Source: Bacteriovoracaceae bacterium
GTDB taxonomy: Bacteria > Bdellovibrionota > UBA1018
NCBI GenBank assembly: GCA_947447665.1
Contig: CANFJX010000009.1
Coordinates: forward strand, 20,301 to 84,300
Length of the DNA: 64,000 nt
Direction of reading: 5' to 3'
Part shown: piece by piece, positions 33,073 to 42,746 of the stretch
Layout: each line of letters begins with the position of its first letter
Numbering within the stretch: the first letter of the stretch is position 1
Position numbers and translations under genes: made by a program
Notes under the pieces: generated by a model
What the model was told of the DNA's origin: nothing
Seen by the model: only the letters and a program-made list of their open reading frames with translations
Database searches by the model: none

Positions 33073-35526
33073 GTGCAGCGACTGTTCAATTTGGCTTTGA
33101 TTCGGTGGCTCCTCGTCGGACTCGTGGGGCTGGCGCCCTCCCCTTTGTTTGCTATCACAGCAGCCTGGCACCCACCCATCGATTCAGATGGAGAGAAGCT
33201 TACTTTTCTGCTTACTCTCAGAAAAAAATTGCCTACCCTATTTCGAGATAGCATGCGAACTCGGGTCGATCTATTTCGTCTGATCAGGCATCAGAAAGAG
33301 GTGCTTCAGACACTTAGCCGCGATCCTCTTTATTTAAATTCGCTCGAAGCTCAGCAAATGATCCAAATGGATTTGGTCCCGCCCCCGGGAGGAATCCCAG
33401 TAGGACAGATTCAATTAAATCCGAAAGCTGTGGAAGCCTGGAAACGCGAGCTTTTGGCGGAATTAGAAGAACTTCGGGGCGATACGGTTAATGGCATTTT
33501 TCTTGTAGATTTTGCTGAAAAGTTGCGATTACTGGCAGATGGTTTGACTGAGGATAGTGTCGATGCGGCCTCCAAAGTTGTAGAGCAAACAAAACGTTTG
33601 GGGTCTATTCCAAGAGGGATGCTTAGTGGGGAGCTCGAGGCGCTAAAGCTCCAACAGGCGGCGATCAATTCGATCCTACTAAATCATCGAAAGTTGGGTC
33701 CAAGTCGTGATTTTTCCCGACTCGATGCGATGGTTGCAGAGTGGGAGCGTATCAAAGACTTGTCTCGGCTGAACGGCCTCAGTCGGGAGGCTCTCCAAAC
33801 GGCTCGCAATGTTTTTGCTAAAAAAGAGGTCTTTAGAAAGATGGTCGGCTTGGCTGTGTTTGCCGACCTGAGTGCTCGATGGGACTTGTCCGCGAGCTGG
33901 AGCGAGATGAGCACGAGACTCAAGGCGGTAGACGAGAATGCTTTAATTCAGTTTCACGACCGCGACGACTTTTTAGCTCCTCGGGTGATGGAAGTTTTAA
34001 GATTTGCCGGGATTTCAGCGCTGGACGCTGGTCCATCCTACCAAAAATTGCATCGGACCGTAACGGACGATCTCTACGACCGAGTCCACCACTTTGTCAG
34101 CCAGACTCAAACATTGGAAGGGCTGGCGACCGTGCCGGTGAGATTGGTTCAGGTACCTCCAGTCTTAGGTGTTTTCAGGGGGTTTGTCGGTTCGGATTGT
34201 TCGTCTCGAGTTTCTTTTCCGTACCCAAATGATCCTGACGAGCTCGTGTTCTTTGTGCTGAATCCAAGTCTTCCCTCTGAACTCAAAGGTTACGTCAGCG
34301 CGACCCGAGTGAACAAAGGCGGAGAAACCGCTCTCTATTTGCATACGATCAGTGGGAGTCATATCAGTTCAGGCGATGTTGAGCTGATTTTGAGGGGGCT
34401 CGATCAATCCAAGTCGGCTCTCGGGGTGAGTGTTATCTTATTGCCTCCGAGAGAAAAACTACCGGCTTTGCTGAACTACCCGGCGATTTCTGGAGTGTTC
34501 AAGTCCCATGCTCAAGGTCAGAAGAGGGTGCAATTCGCCTATTTTAAACCTCAATTGCGGAGGGTGCTCGAAGATTTTAGCCCTCGCGAGGGATATAATT
34601 CCGGCCAGTATGACCATCAGACTCAAACTCCCGAGGGTCTGGCTTTGACCTTTAGGAACCAGCTTTTGACGGAAATTCGGACCAATGTATCACCTGCGAC
34701 CTCAATTTTTTTCGAGTCTGCAGCGGATCCTGAATCCGAGAAAGAGAATCTGTTTGAGTTCTTAATGGAGATGAGCCAGCGACAGATGGGTGAAGTCTTT
34801 ACTCAAGTGATCAGAATTCAAGAAGTGTCGGGCCTCTTGGATCCATCCGCGTTCGCCGAGTGGATGACTCTCCTCCAAAGAGGTCCAGATCTGGCTCGGT
34901 CCGAATCGGTCGGTGATTTTATCAGGCGAATGAAAAAAGAGGTCAGTGAACGCTTTAATATTTCGGGTGAATTCCTGACCCGATATTCCTATTTTCTTTA
35001 CCCTTCGGTCATAGAGTGTTCGGATGCTTTTTCTGCCTCTGAAATCGAACAGACCGCAGAGTGGATTATTGAAGATTTTAGGCGGAATAAATTCACTAAC
35101 GATGAGACCCCTTGGCATCTGATTCACCGGTTTTTATTCGATGGACGACTCGGTCATACGCGAGCTTTTCAACGGTTTTTTCATCAACTTGCCGACGGCT
35201 TGGAGCATGGTAGGTATGCAGATACCGTATTAGCTGCAAACGCCGCCGGAGCGCTCATTTATGTCAGTCGCGAGGTCCATCTTGCTCTGGCGAGTGCCTT
35301 GATGCGGAGTGATTTTAGTCCAGTCCATTTGAACGAGGTGCGGCGGGCAATTCTGCTTGCGCTGAACAAAATCAGTCCGGAATGTCATGAGGTTTCAGAG
35401 GCCTTAGTTACAAATCTTGCCACTGAAAAAAATCACCAGATTATTCGGATTCTAGGGCAGGTACTTTTAAAAGTAGATCCAGTCCGGTGGGCAGAGATTT
35501 TCGGCTTGCCCCGGTCGGCCTCTTAG
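33073..35526 (+). CDS. Large secreted hypothetical protein (818 aa), C-terminal helical-repeat-like region
   Basis: GTG at 33073 has a GGAGAGG RBS 7-8 nt upstream and yields the signal-like N-terminus (M)QRLFNLALIRWLLVGLVGLAPSPLFA. The ORF-track start at 32818 would overlap the divergent methyltransferase gene. I recognise no family. Confidence 0.5.
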   Translation: MQRLFNLALIRWLLVGLVGLAPSPLFAITAAWHPPIDSDGEKLTFLLTLRKKLPTLFRDSMRTRVDLFRLIRHQKEVLQTLSRDPLYLNSLEAQQMIQMDLVPPPGGIPVGQIQLNPKAVEAWKRELLAELEELRGDTVNGIFLVDFAEKLRLLADGLTEDSVDAASKVVEQTKRLGSIPRGMLSGELEALKLQQAAINSILLNHRKLGPSRDFSRLDAMVAEWERIKDLSRLNGLSREALQTARNVFAKKEVFRKMVGLAVFADLSARWDLSASWSEMSTRLKAVDENALIQFHDRDDFLAPRVMEVLRFAGISALDAGPSYQKLHRTVTDDLYDRVHHFVSQTQTLEGLATVPVRLVQVPPVLGVFRGFVGSDCSSRVSFPYPNDPDELVFFVLNPSLPSELKGYVSATRVNKGGETALYLHTISGSHISSGDVELILRGLDQSKSALGVSVILLPPREKLPALLNYPAISGVFKSHAQGQKRVQFAYFKPQLRRVLEDFSPREGYNSGQYDHQTQTPEGLALTFRNQLLTEIRTNVSPATSIFFESAADPESEKENLFEFLMEMSQRQMGEVFTQVIRIQEVSGLLDPSAFAEWMTLLQRGPDLARSESVGDFIRRMKKEVSERFNISGEFLTRYSYFLYPSVIECSDAFSASEIEQTAEWIIEDFRRNKFTNDETPWHLIHRFLFDGRLGHTRAFQRFFHQLADGLEHGRYADTVLAANAAGALIYVSREVHLALASALMRSDFSPVHLNEVRRAILLALNKISPECHEVSEALVTNLATEKNHQIIRILGQVLLKVDPVRWAEIFGLPRSAS

Positions 35527-35605
35527 GCGAGGTCCGATTCCATTCGCTTGCTTTTGTGGGTGCCTCATGTAAATCTTGGTGATTGCCACACCTGGAGGAA
35601 CTCAG

Positions 35606-37333
35606 ATGATTCTACTCAATCCTAATCGGCTCAGTCGTCAGTTTTCAGACCCTCTCTCTCGAGAGATTATGCAGAAAACGATCGCATTTTTCGAGTCCCG
35701 CGGCAAAAAGCGCCTGAAAGAGGACGATCACCAGCGTGTTTGGTATTCCGATTTTCTCGATTTTATTAAGAAGGAAAAAATTTTCGCCACCCTCATGACT
35801 CCTTCGCCCTATGGGAGCCCGGATGCTCGCTGGGACACGTGGCGGATTTGCGAGTTTAACGAAATTTTAGGCTTTTACGGCCTCAATTATTGGTACACCT
35901 GGCAGGTCACTATGTTGGGCTTAGGGCCTATTTGGATGAGCCAAAACGAAGAAATCAAAAAGAAAACGGCAAAATTGCTGCAAGATGGGGGCATTTTTGC
36001 CTTTGGGCTATCTGAGAAGGAACACGGAGCGGATCTCTACTCCTCTGAAATGACCCTGGTGCCCCAACCTGGCGGCGGATACCTTGCTCAGGGCCAAAAG
36101 TATTATATTGGGAATGGCAACCAGGCGGCCCTCGTTTCTACTTTTGGTAAAATTAAAGCAGAAGAGACGAAGAATCAATCGGCAGCAAAGTCTGAAAATT
36201 ATGTCTTTTTTGCCGTTGATTCCCAGCATAAGAACTACGAATGTGTACAAAATGTGGTCAGTTCCCAAAATTTTGTAGCCGAATTTGCCCTTCATAATTA
36301 TCCGATCACCGAGGCAGACATTTTATCGAAGGGGGGAGATGCTTGGGATACCTCTCTCAATACCATTAACATCTGCAAATTTAATCTAGGCTGGGCTTCG
36401 ATCGGTATTTGTACTCACTCGTTCTATGAAGCCATTGGGCATGCTTCGAGGCGGCGGCTTTTTGACCAATACGTCACTGACTTTCCTCACGTGAAGCAGC
36501 TCTTTGTTGATGCGTACTCCCGCCTGGTTGCGATGAAGTTATTTTCGCTCCGAGCCACCGACTACATGCGGGCCGCCTCCTCTGAAGATCGTCGGTACTT
36601 GCTCTATAATCCTATGGTTAAAATGAAGGTGACGACCCAAGGCGAAGAGGTCATGAATCTACTTTGGGATATTATTGCAGCCAAAGGGTTTGAAAAGAAT
36701 ATGTTTTTCGAAACGGCTGCTCGCGATATTCGTGCCCTCCCGAAGCTGGAAGGCACGGTTCATGTGAATATGGCTCTGATCATGAAGTTCATGAAGAATT
36801 ATTTTTTCAAGCCCGCCAAGTTTCCGAATATCCCTCAAAAAAATGAGGCCACACAGGACGATTTTCTATTTCGCCAAGGCCCAACTAAAGGACTAGGGAA
36901 GATTCAGTTCCATGACTATCGCTTAGCTTATCAGAGCGTGAAGTTGCCCAATATTGAACTTTTTAAGAAGCAAATTGCTGGGTTTAAGAGGCTTCTCATG
37001 CTCGCAGGCCCGAGTGCAGAGCAATCTAAGGATTTTGATTTTCTCCTCGTCTTGGGTGAGCTTTTTACTTTGGTGGCTTACGGACAACTCTTGATTGAAA
37101 ATGCGAAGATATACTCCATTGGGGACGAACTTTTAGATCAGATTTTTGACTTCATGGTCAGGGATTTCTCAAAGTTTGCGCTCCAGCTTTACTCAAAGAC
37201 CAGCAGCACGAAGTTGCAAATGCTTCTTTGCGCCGGTTTAATTAAAAAGCCGGTAGTGAATCAATCGCGATTCGACAAGCTTTGGGAGAGCGAAGTTTAT
37301 CCGCTTCGGAATGCCTATCAAATGAAAGAGTAG
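35606..37333 (+). CDS. Acyl-CoA dehydrogenase family protein (long form)
   Basis: ATG at 35606 with a GGAGG RBS. ACAD-like GLSEKEHGADLYSSEMT (compare TEPxxGSD) and YIGNGNQA. About 575 aa. Confidence 0.65.
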   Translation: MILLNPNRLSRQFSDPLSREIMQKTIAFFESRGKKRLKEDDHQRVWYSDFLDFIKKEKIFATLMTPSPYGSPDARWDTWRICEFNEILGFYGLNYWYTWQVTMLGLGPIWMSQNEEIKKKTAKLLQDGGIFAFGLSEKEHGADLYSSEMTLVPQPGGGYLAQGQKYYIGNGNQAALVSTFGKIKAEETKNQSAAKSENYVFFAVDSQHKNYECVQNVVSSQNFVAEFALHNYPITEADILSKGGDAWDTSLNTINICKFNLGWASIGICTHSFYEAIGHASRRRLFDQYVTDFPHVKQLFVDAYSRLVAMKLFSLRATDYMRAASSEDRRYLLYNPMVKMKVTTQGEEVMNLLWDIIAAKGFEKNMFFETAARDIRALPKLEGTVHVNMALIMKFMKNYFFKPAKFPNIPQKNEATQDDFLFRQGPTKGLGKIQFHDYRLAYQSVKLPNIELFKKQIAGFKRLLMLAGPSAEQSKDFDFLLVLGELFTLVAYGQLLIENAKIYSIGDELLDQIFDFMVRDFSKFALQLYSKTSSTKLQMLLCAGLIKKPVVNQSRFDKLWESEVYPLRNAYQMKE

Positions 37334-37346
37334 TTCCTGATCTGCT

Positions 37347-38348
37347 TCAGGACGCTAGCTCTTGAGAAAGCTTCAAGAGCGCGCTAGCTACTTGTTTTTT
37401 AAAACCAATGACTCGGCTGAATGGGACGAGAGCCACGTTGCTGTCCTGGATCCCTACCATGGCACTCGACTTTCCTGCCATGAGGTACGCGACGGCGGAG
37501 GCTCCGAGAACGGAGGCTAAAACTCGGTCATGAGCTGTTGGGCTCCCTCCTCGCTGGGTGTGACCTAAAATGCATACTTTCGAGGCATGTCCTTTTTTCG
37601 CTAGATCCTGTGCGAGTCGTGAGGAAAGCCCGGGCTCCTGCCCTTCGGCAACCACGATGATACTGCTGGTTTTTCCTCGACGTATACCTCGATCGATGGT
37701 CTCACAAATATTCTTAATAGATTGTTTACGTTCAGGAATAATAATCGTTTCAGCGCCCCCGCCCATGCCGACTTGAAGCGCAATAAATCCTGAGCTTCGT
37801 CCCATGACCTCGACTAGGAAAGTTCGATCGTGCGAACTGGCAGTGTCTCGAATTCGGTCAATCGCTTCAATTGCCGTGCTGACGGCAGTGTCAAAGCCAA
37901 TGGTATCGTCGGTCTGGGCAATGTCGTTATCGATGGTTCCGGGAACTCCGATAACGGGAAATTCATTCTCTTTTTCGAGATGGTAAGCGCCCGTGAATGA
38001 GCCATCTCCGCCAATCACCACAAGTCCCTCGATTCCTCTCCGCCGAAGGATTGCTGCAGCTTTTTTACGGGTCGATTTTTTATAGAACGCTTTACAGCGG
38101 TCAGTCTTGAGAATGGTGCCTCCGCGTTGGATGATGTTAGCAACAGAGGACGCCTCGAGCGGAATAATCTGCTCCTCTAAGAGACCGCTATAACCCCGTA
38201 AAATGCCGTGAACCTGACAGCCATGAACGACTGCATACCTGACGACGGCTCGAATTGCGGCGTTCATCCCGGGTGCATCGCCTCCACTTGTAAGTACGGC
38301 AATGGAGGAATATTTTTTGCGGGTGGTGATCTTAGGAATTTTTAGCAT
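37347..38348 (-). CDS. pfkA: ATP-dependent 6-phosphofructokinase
   Basis: Motifs TSGGDAPGMNAAIR, VIGGDGSFTGA, GVPGTIDNDI, EVMGRSSG, LGHTQRGG. Confidence 0.9.
   Translation of the reverse strand: MLKIPKITTRKKYSSIAVLTSGGDAPGMNAAIRAVVRYAVVHGCQVHGILRGYSGLLEEQIIPLEASSVANIIQRGGTILKTDRCKAFYKKSTRKKAAAILRRRGIEGLVVIGGDGSFTGAYHLEKENEFPVIGVPGTIDNDIAQTDDTIGFDTAVSTAIEAIDRIRDTASSHDRTFLVEVMGRSSGFIALQVGMGGGAETIIIPERKQSIKNICETIDRGIRRGKTSSIIVVAEGQEPGLSSRLAQDLAKKGHASKVCILGHTQRGGSPTAHDRVLASVLGASAVAYLMAGKSSAMVGIQDSNVALVPFSRVIGFKKQVASALLKLSQELAS
37354..37400 (+). terminator. Candidate intrinsic terminator for the acyl-CoA dehydrogenase gene, embedded in the 3' end of convergent pfkA
   Basis: GCTAG-CTCTTGA (37354-37365) pairs with TCAAGAG (37373-37379) and CTAGC (37384-37388), giving 12 bp with a 4-nt bulge. 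A T6 run follows at 37395-37400. Confidence 0.4.
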
Positions 38349-39919
38349 GAAGCTCCCTCGGGAATGAGACTACGACCAGTAACTTCTTTAGGAATTTGTA
38401 AATGCATCAGATCGCACAAGGTGGGCATGACGTCGCTGAGACCTCCGTCTCGAAGTGCAATTCGAGAGGACTTGGGAGCGATCGAGGAGTTGGGTGCAAT
38501 CCAGATTGCTGGCACGGGATTGAGGGTGTGTTGGGTGTGAATTTGCCCGTGCTCGTCGCACATCTCTTCGGCGTTTCCGTGATCAGCTGTAATGAGTACT
38601 TGGTAGCCAGATTTCTCTGCTGCGCCGACGACCTGCGACAGACAGCGATCGAGAGTTTCCATGGCGCGGACAGTGGCTTCGTAATTTCCTGTGTGTCCCA
38701 CCATGTCCGCGTTGGCAAAGTTCATGAGGATGAAATCATATTTTTTTTGCCGGATTTTTTGAGTGGCCTGTTCTGCAATCTGATCGGCGCTCATTTCGGG
38801 CTTTTGATCGTAGGTTTCCACATCTCTGGGAGAAGGAATGAGCAATCGGTCCTCCCGTAGAAATGGAGCCTCGCGTCCACCATTAAAAAAGAATGTCACA
38901 TGGGCGTATTTTTCAGTTTCGGCAATTCTGAGTTGGGTGAGGTTTTTGGCTTCAAGCACCTGACCAAAAATATTTTCTGAGCTTTGTGGAAGGAAGGCTG
39001 CCAAAGCCCCGGTGAGCTTCTCGTCGTAGCTAGTCATGCCTGCGTAAGCACTCGGAAGAAATCCACGTCCTCGATCGAATTCGTGAAAGTCTTTTTCGGT
39101 GATGGCCCGGGTGATTTCGCGAGCTCGGTCAGAGCGGTAATTAAAGAAAATTACACTGTCACCGTTTCGCATGGCTCCCTGAGGATCAAGTAGTACGGGC
39201 TCTAAAAATTCGTCTGATTTTCCAGCTTGATAAGACGCCTCGATCACTTGGAGAGCTGGGCTCTCAATCGGATTGACTTGGCCGGTGAGGGCAAAGTAGG
39301 CGCGGGCTACTCGCTCCCAACGGTGGTCGCGGTCCATGGCCCAATAACGACCGATGAGGGTGGCGAGCGTTGCTCGAGTGCCTTGCCCTGAGTCCTGAGT
39401 AGAGAATGTCGGATGACTAAGGAGTTTCTCGATGTATTTTGGAGCCGATTGAGGCGGCGTATCGCGTCCGTCAAGGAACGCGTGAACACTGACGTGTGGG
39501 ATCTTCATTTCCGCGCAGAGGTCCAAAAGCGCAAGAAGATGGTCGATGTGGCTGTGAACTCCCCCGTCTGAAAGGAGACCCATTAAGTGCACGCGCCCTG
39601 TTTTCTCTGCTCCGGCTTGAAGAGTTTTTCGGAGAACTGAGTTTTTAGAAAAATTTTTATCTCGAATTGATTTCGAAATGCGTGAGAGGTCCTGATAAGT
39701 GACTCGACCGGAGCCCATGGTGGAGTGACCTACTTCTGAATTGCCCATGACGCCAGCCGGAAGTCCGACAGCCTCTCCAGAGGTCATTAATTGTGAATGC
39801 GGGTATTTTTTTAATACTTCGTGGAAAAAAGGCATGCGAGCATTGGCGATCGCGTTGAAGGGCGAATCTTTTCCGATGCCGAAGCCGTCTAAAACAATCA
39901 GGATGGCGCGGTGGCTCAT
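38342..39919 (-). CDS. gpmI: 2,3-bisphosphoglycerate-independent phosphoglycerate mutase
   Basis: 525 aa. N-terminal ILIVLDGFGIG, SEVGHSTMGSGR and ITADHGNAE motifs. It overlaps the pfkA start by 7 nt. Confidence 0.9.
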   Translation of the reverse strand: MSHRAILIVLDGFGIGKDSPFNAIANARMPFFHEVLKKYPHSQLMTSGEAVGLPAGVMGNSEVGHSTMGSGRVTYQDLSRISKSIRDKNFSKNSVLRKTLQAGAEKTGRVHLMGLLSDGGVHSHIDHLLALLDLCAEMKIPHVSVHAFLDGRDTPPQSAPKYIEKLLSHPTFSTQDSGQGTRATLATLIGRYWAMDRDHRWERVARAYFALTGQVNPIESPALQVIEASYQAGKSDEFLEPVLLDPQGAMRNGDSVIFFNYRSDRAREITRAITEKDFHEFDRGRGFLPSAYAGMTSYDEKLTGALAAFLPQSSENIFGQVLEAKNLTQLRIAETEKYAHVTFFFNGGREAPFLREDRLLIPSPRDVETYDQKPEMSADQIAEQATQKIRQKKYDFILMNFANADMVGHTGNYEATVRAMETLDRCLSQVVGAAEKSGYQVLITADHGNAEEMCDEHGQIHTQHTLNPVPAIWIAPNSSIAPKSSRIALRDGGLSDVMPTLCDLMHLQIPKEVTGRSLIPEGASC

Positions 39920-39971
39920 GGTGGAAACCTCTGCAATACGCTACAGCTAAACTCCAGGAGTTACAAGGGAT

Positions 39972-40469
39972 TTACGAACCGCTGTTATGGTAGGGGTGAC
40001 CTTTTAGAATGCTGTAGGATCGATAGATTTGTTCAAACAAGACGACGCGAGCGAGTTCATGAGACATCGTTTGAGGACCGAGGCTAAATCGGCCCTGTGC
40101 TCTGGCTCGAACTTGGCTAGAAAATCCTAGGCTGCTGCCGATGCAGAGAGAAATCGCAGAGACCCCCGAGTCTTCCCAATCCCTCCATTGTTGGGCCCAA
40201 GCTTCAGAAGTTTGGGCCTTTCCTCCTTCATCGAGAAGAAAGATAAGAGTGCGTGCTTGGGTCGAGCTTTGAATCCGCTCGAGCAAGAGTTCTCCCTCTT
40301 TTTCTTGGATGCGAGTTCGGGTTGATGGGGCTTTGTCTGGTACGCTCAGAGGTTTGAGTTCAATCTCCTGCAGAGGTGCCCAAGTCCTTGCCATTTTCTT
40401 GTAATAGTCCGCAGCTTCTCGAAGGCCCGGTGTTTTTAATTTACTAAAGGCAAAAAGGAAAAGCTGCAT
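39972..40469 (-). CDS. rlmH: 23S rRNA (pseudouridine1915-N3)-methyltransferase RlmH
   Basis: 165-aa SPOUT protein. C-terminal region LSLGPQTMSHELARVVLFEQIYRSYSILKGHPYH is typical of RlmH. It has the conserved position next to rsfS. Confidence 0.8.
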   Translation of the reverse strand: MQLFLFAFSKLKTPGLREAADYYKKMARTWAPLQEIELKPLSVPDKAPSTRTRIQEKEGELLLERIQSSTQARTLIFLLDEGGKAQTSEAWAQQWRDWEDSGVSAISLCIGSSLGFSSQVRARAQGRFSLGPQTMSHELARVVLFEQIYRSYSILKGHPYHNSGS

Positions 40470-40480
40470 CGCGGAGGAGA

Positions 40481-40915
40481 TTAATTCAGACGAGTGGCTC
40501 CGGGGCCGTAGTATTCAGCAGGGATTTTAATCCTTGGAGCATCGGCCCAGAGATTTTCTAAATCATAATATTCTCTGAGTGCATCGAGGAAAACGTGGAC
40601 TACCACATCCCCGAAGTCCATCAGTACCCATCGTCCATCCGAATAGCCTTCGGCAGAAAGGAGATCTCGGTGCTGAGTGTGCATGGTCTTTTTTACAGAG
40701 TCTGCTACGGCCTGGACTTGACGATCCGACATGCCGCTGCAGATAACAAAGTAGTCAGTAAAACCAGAGATATCAGTGAGATTGAGAATTTTTACATTCT
40801 CTGCTTTTTTGTCGATCGCAGCACGAGCGCACGCTAAAGCCTTCTGGCAAGAGGACTGTTCATAGGTCGAGGATTCTGATTCTTTTACGGTTCGTTCTTG
40901 AGTCATGTGGTCCAC
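40481..40915 (-). CDS. rsfS: Ribosome silencing factor RsfS
   Basis: Core DISGFTDYFVICSGMSDRQVQAVADSV and WVLMDFGDVVVHVF are characteristic of RsfS/iojap. nadD-rsfS-rlmH synteny. Confidence 0.8.
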   Translation of the reverse strand: MDHMTQERTVKESESSTYEQSSCQKALACARAAIDKKAENVKILNLTDISGFTDYFVICSGMSDRQVQAVADSVKKTMHTQHRDLLSAEGYSDGRWVLMDFGDVVVHVFLDALREYYDLENLWADAPRIKIPAEYYGPGATRLN

Positions 40916-41607
40916 CTTATACCATAAAGTTGATGAAGCTTCAAATAGCCTTCGACCTCGGGGATGACTGAGGAGGGCGGCGGAGAGCCTGTTTTAGCGA
41001 TTTCTTTTCGAATTTGAGTAGATGACAAGTCGGGCGCATCGGTTGTGACGGTCTGAATAAAGAAGCGAGAGCCCCGGATGCTCCACGCGCTTGATTGAGT
41101 TTTTTCAATTAAACCACTTGCGCTCCAGAGTTGAAGCGTCTTTTGCGCCAGCTCACTGCCGTTTGGCTTGCGTTGGAGAACGATCCAGTGGCAAAGAGAC
41201 AAGATTTCGGGAAAGCGATGCCAGGTAGGCAGCTCTTGAAATTGATCGGCTCCTAATACGAAAGCGAGACGAGGGTAGCGGGTACCTAATTCTTGAAGTG
41301 TATCGAAGCTATAGCTCGGACGAAGGGGTGTTCTCTGTGATCTTGTGAGTTCGAGCAGATCCACTTGAATTTCATTTGGGAGCCGGTCCAATTGCGAGGG
41401 ACCAAAATTAATCCGAGTCATTTGTGCCCGGTGTTCTGCAGCGACCTGAGCAGCCTTATGGGGGGGGGATGCTGATGGAATCACCAGGACGTTTCGGATG
41501 CCTGGATTTTGAAACAGGCCTCGAACCGCCTCTCGATGTCCTCGGTGTGGTGGGTCCATTCGGCCGCCAAATACGGCTGTGACCTCACTCCAGACAGGAC
41601 CCGTCAT
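40903..41607 (-). CDS. nadD: Nicotinate-nucleotide adenylyltransferase
   Basis: Motif FGGRMDPPHRGH (the GxFxPxHxGH nucleotidyltransferase motif) and IPSASPPHK. It overlaps the obg stop by 1 nt. Confidence 0.8.
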   Translation of the reverse strand: MTGPVWSEVTAVFGGRMDPPHRGHREAVRGLFQNPGIRNVLVIPSASPPHKAAQVAAEHRAQMTRINFGPSQLDRLPNEIQVDLLELTRSQRTPLRPSYSFDTLQELGTRYPRLAFVLGADQFQELPTWHRFPEILSLCHWIVLQRKPNGSELAQKTLQLWSASGLIEKTQSSAWSIRGSRFFIQTVTTDAPDLSSTQIRKEIAKTGSPPPSSVIPEVEGYLKLHQLYGIRWTT

Positions 41608-42746
41608 TAAGATCGCATCCTCTCGTCATTCGGGAGAGGAATACCATCGGTCGCCTTTGCGTGACGTGCCTTTTGGGCCTTGATTTCCTGGTGGAGAGTG
41701 AAAATGAGATCGCGCACGCCAGATCCGCTGACTGCTGAAATGACGAAGGGCTCGCCCGGAAAGGGAGGAGTTCCTCGGATTGAGTTGATTCTCTGGCGAA
41801 GGGCTGTTCGAGCGCGATCGACGAGAGCGGGATCCGATTCCAAAAGATCGAGTTTGTTGAGTACGACGATTTCTTGCACGTGAAGCAACTTTTCAGCAAA
41901 AAGGCCCAGCTCGGTCCGGATCGCCTGATAGCGATAGATGAACTGGTCGATCACCGCGTTAAGCTGGTCATCTCCTGGGGCTGTGGCATCTTCAAGAAGC
42001 TGCGTGCCGTCCAGTAAGTGGACAAAGAGACGCGTTCTTTCAATATGTTTCAAAAATTTGTGTCCGAGGCCGACTCCGCGGTGAGCTCCCTCGACTAGCC
42101 CGGGAATATCTGCCACGACAAACGTTTCGTGCTCGTCCGCTTCGACGACACCCAAGTTGGGAGTCAGGGTGGTGAAGGGGTAATCGGCGATTTTAGGTCG
42201 CGCGGCGCTCATTCGAGAGATCAGGGTAGATTTTCCAGCATTCGGAAACCCAATGATTCCTACATCGGCCAGAAGTTTGAGCTCCAGGATGATTTCCCTG
42301 GTCTCGCCTTCTTCGCCGGGCTGAGCAAATTTTGGTGCTTGAAACGTTGATGTCGTGAAATGGCTGTTGCCTTTGCCGCCCCGTCCGCCCTTGCAGGCGA
42401 CCCAGGTTTGCTTTTCTTCAGTGAAGTCAAACAGCACTTCTTGGGTGTCAATGTCCTTGATTACGGTGCCTACGGGCACTCGGATGAGGATGTTCTCCCC
42501 GTCACGGCCGGCCTTATGGCTGCTTGAGCCATGCATTCCTCTGGGTGCTTGATAGACTCTCCTGAAGCGAAAGTCCTGAAGCGTGCTGAGTTGAGCAGCA
42601 CTCTCGATGATGACGTCTCCTCCGTCCCCACCATCTCCACCGTCTGGTCCTCCCCTAGGGATGAAAGTCTCTCGTCGAAAGCTTACGCATCCAGGGCCAC
42701 CGTGACCGGCAGACATCTTAATTTTTGCTTCGTCAATAAAACGCAT
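41607..42746 (-). CDS. obg: GTPase Obg/CgtA
   Basis: N-terminal Obg fold MRFIDEAKIKMSAGHGGPGCVSFRRE with a Gly-rich GGPDGGDGGDGG. G-domain motifs GFPNAGKSTL, DIPGLVEGA and NKLD. Confidence 0.9.
   Translation of the reverse strand: MRFIDEAKIKMSAGHGGPGCVSFRRETFIPRGGPDGGDGGDGGDVIIESAAQLSTLQDFRFRRVYQAPRGMHGSSSHKAGRDGENILIRVPVGTVIKDIDTQEVLFDFTEEKQTWVACKGGRGGKGNSHFTTSTFQAPKFAQPGEEGETREIILELKLLADVGIIGFPNAGKSTLISRMSAARPKIADYPFTTLTPNLGVVEADEHETFVVADIPGLVEGAHRGVGLGHKFLKHIERTRLFVHLLDGTQLLEDATAPGDDQLNAVIDQFIYRYQAIRTELGLFAEKLLHVQEIVVLNKLDLLESDPALVDRARTALRQRINSIRGTPPFPGEPFVISAVSGSGVRDLIFTLHQEIKAQKARHAKATDGIPLPNDERMRS

Noticed and set aside
32976-33254. N-terminal 93 codons of the 480-aa minus-strand ORF-track entry
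   Set aside because: The region is low-complexity and overlaps the divergent gene. The conserved Trm112-like domain starts just after Met94.
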